Shown here: one piece after another, positions 61,799 to 64,000 of the stretch
How positions within the stretch are numbered: position 1 is the first letter of the stretch
Layout: each line of letters opens with the position of its first letter
Translations under genes and position numbers: made by a program
Origin: a virus
IMG/VR virus record: IMGVR_UViG_3300037422_000051
Reading direction: 5' to 3' (one strand)
DNA: 64,000 nucleotides
Notes under the pieces: model-generated
Databases searched by the model: none
What the model was told of the DNA's origin: nothing
Seen by the model: the letters and a program-made list of their open reading frames with translations, nothing else

Positions 61799-63965
61799 TG
61801 CCCCCCGCCCTCTCCGCAGAAGGTCGCGCAACTGGCGGATCCGTCAAGCGCCACGGCATGTCCGTGGTCGCCGGATACCCCGCTTGGCGTAGCTTCTGGA
61901 CCTCGATCTCGTGCGCGAGCTCGACCTTCTTGTTCTCAAAAAGCAGCTTGTCGCGCTCGAGCTCAATCCGCTGACGCTCCAGCTCGAGCTTCATCATCGA
62001 GGTCTGCTGCTCGATCTCCAGAGCCGCCTGCACCGGGTCCGGCTTCGGCTCGGGCGGCGGCGCGGTCCTCGGATCGGTGAAATAGGGCTCCGCGTGGCGG
62101 AATCCGAGCGCCTCGGTGAGCGTCGCCGCGGCGTTGTAGACGTTCTCGATCGAGGTGACATTCGTCATGCCCGACTGCAGCATCTTCTCCTGAATCGCGA
62201 GGATCGTCTGCAACGCGCTCGACTTCTCGAGCTTCGAGCCGTGCCCGAGCCCCACCGTCACCTCGCAGTCGAGCTCCCCGCGCCACGAGGTCGGATCCAC
62301 CGGCACGTACTCGCCGCGAAGCCGCACGATCAGATCCTTCATGTCGTTTCGGATCACTTCCTTGTAGATCTTCTGGAACATCGCCTTGATGCCCGTCTCA
62401 GCGAAGATCCGCGCGTAGAGCGTGAGCCGCACCGCAGCCGCCGATGCCTGCACCATCGTCCCGTAGACGTGCTTGCTGATCGAATCCGGGTTGATGCCCA
62501 TCGCCTCGGGGCTGATTCCCGTGCGCGTCTCCTTCATCTTCGCGTGGACATCGAATGCCGGGAGGATCTCGGCAGCGTTGGTCTTCTGCACGTAGGGAGT
62601 CAGCGCGCCGTCGGCGTACACCTCGATGTAATCGCCCGGCGTCGGGTTGAGCAGCTGCGAAAGATTCACGAGCGGCTCGGCCGTTTCGCCGACGCCCGCA
62701 CACTTCACAATGTTGCGCGGGTCCGTCCCGAGATACAGGCTGTTGAGGTACTGCCGCCAGAGCGCCGTGTTGATCTCTTGGAGATCGCCCGTCACGTCCG
62801 CGAGCGACTGGCCCTGAAGCCGGTGCGGAATCGGAATCGGCGTGATCGAAAAGAACGGATGCTCGGAGACCGGCTCCGTGTGAAGCAGCACGTTCGGATC
62901 GTCGCCACCCGCACAGACTTTCCACCACTCGCTGATGCCATCCCCGTCGCGATCCACGAGCAGATACGCCTCGGTCAGCGTCACCGTGCGCTCGCTGTCG
63001 TTTCGCTCGGCGTAGGCGAACAGCTCGCCCTCGTCCTGGCTCGAGCGCGCTTCGGTTTCGCCCGTGAAGTCGTAGGGAGACTGCCGCGAGGGGATCGAGC
63101 GCACCGCGTCCTCGTCGTATCCCTGCTCAAGCAAGGCGCTCACCGAGACCGGCGTCTGATGCGCGACGAAGCGGCAAGTCGGGTGGTCGAGGCTACGCGC
63201 GGCGCGATTGTGGAAAAACTCCTCGGGCGGGATGTTGTCGATCACGATCTTGCCGCGGCCTTCAACGCGGACCCCTTCGATGTCGTACTTCACGGCCATC
63301 GGATCGTACCCGGGCGGAAGCGAGCTCTCCTGTGTGAGCTCCTGGATCTCGCCGCTCTGCGGATCCTCCCAGAAGGCTCGGAAGTCGCGGATGCGGTAGT
63401 CCTTATCGGCCATGAGACGCTGCAGCTCGAGCAGGTTCTTTCCGCGGTAGCTCTCGTGCGTCGCCCGCTGCGCGTAGTCGTGGATCACCTTCCCCGTGCC
63501 GAGCTTCGACAGGAATGCATCCTTGATGAGCGTGTAGAGGATCATGAAGCCGCCGTTTTGATAGAAGACCTTGTTGCAGACGGCAGTTGCTTGCTCGGCT
63601 TCATCCTGGTCCTCGGGCCCGACCGGCATGAACTTCACCACCTCGGGGCCTGAAGTGAAGATCTCCATCATCGAGGGCATCGCCCACTCGATCTGCTCGA
63701 ACACGTCGCGGGTAACGACCTTGCTCCGGCCCTCGCGCTCGTCTCCACGCGGGTTGCCGAAATACTGCTCGAGCGCAGCCTCGCGCGCGCGCGTGAGCCG
63801 CGACCACTCGCGCCCCGACGAGTGCTCGATCTCGCGCTTCACGATCCCGAGCAGCTCGGAGTCGTCGATCGCGTAGCCGCTGCCCTCAGCCGATGACATC
63901 TCCGGGCGATCGTCTTGCGTCTCGATCTCGACGAAGCCCTCGATGCTCGGGTACGCGGTCGTCAT
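61764..63965 (-). CDS. Portal protein (copy)
   Basis: Identical repeat copy. Confidence 0.92.
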   Translation of the reverse strand: MTTAYPSIEGFVEIETQDDRPEMSSAEGSGYAIDDSELLGIVKREIEHSSGREWSRLTRAREAALEQYFGNPRGDEREGRSKVVTRDVFEQIEWAMPSMMEIFTSGPEVVKFMPVGPEDQDEAEQATAVCNKVFYQNGGFMILYTLIKDAFLSKLGTGKVIHDYAQRATHESYRGKNLLELQRLMADKDYRIRDFRAFWEDPQSGEIQELTQESSLPPGYDPMAVKYDIEGVRVEGRGKIVIDNIPPEEFFHNRAARSLDHPTCRFVAHQTPVSVSALLEQGYDEDAVRSIPSRQSPYDFTGETEARSSQDEGELFAYAERNDSERTVTLTEAYLLVDRDGDGISEWWKVCAGGDDPNVLLHTEPVSEHPFFSITPIPIPHRLQGQSLADVTGDLQEINTALWRQYLNSLYLGTDPRNIVKCAGVGETAEPLVNLSQLLNPTPGDYIEVYADGALTPYVQKTNAAEILPAFDVHAKMKETRTGISPEAMGINPDSISKHVYGTMVQASAAAVRLTLYARIFAETGIKAMFQKIYKEVIRNDMKDLIVRLRGEYVPVDPTSWRGELDCEVTVGLGHGSKLEKSSALQTILAIQEKMLQSGMTNVTSIENVYNAAATLTEALGFRHAEPYFTDPRTAPPPEPKPDPVQAALEIEQQTSMMKLELERQRIELERDKLLFENKKVELAHEIEVQKLRQAGYPATTDMPWRLTDPPVARPSAERAGGNGTDRPTDPAR

Positions 63966-64000
63966 ATCACCCACGCCTTCGGAACCGGCGGCCGCGCGAC

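Larger units (their letters stand above)
41614..64000. repeat. Second copy (wrap-around/concatemer) of 1-22387
   Basis: Identical ORF track offset by 41,613. Confidence 0.97.

Overview
The window holds one complete 41,613-bp tailed-phage genome plus a second pass through 22,387 bp of it. Position n matches n+41,613 wherever I spot-checked, and the translated ORFs are identical, so this is a circular or concatemeric genome read 1.54 times. No host DNA, integrase, tRNA, CRISPR array or reverse transcriptase is recognisable. The layout is podovirus-like. A long leftward (- strand) arm runs from a Cro-like HTH gene (34274) through SNF2-like helicase, MazG-like protein, HNH, DNA methyltransferase, primase-polymerase, an AT-rich putative origin, UvrD-like helicase, VRR-NUC, terminase, portal, scaffold, major capsid, adaptor/tail, three ejection-type proteins and a collar-domain tail fibre. 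It continues with three signal-peptide-bearing Cys-rich fibre/lectin-like proteins, a lysis cassette (endolysin, holin, overlapped spanins) and a second putative virion-appendage module. A short rightward arm (34458-40585) encodes a second SNF2 helicase, an SSB-like protein and many small accessory or envelope-targeted proteins. Back-to-back sigma70-like promoters separate the arms. The spanins imply a diderm, high-GC host. The most unusual items are the Sec-exported, probably disulfide-bonded fibre/lectin triad, a structured RNA with an anti-Shine-Dalgarno loop right after the capsid gene, an early envelope cassette with a dockerin/EF-hand-like motif, and an in-frame gene fusion flanked by a duplicated RBS. 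All family assignments come from motif recognition by eye, not from database searches.
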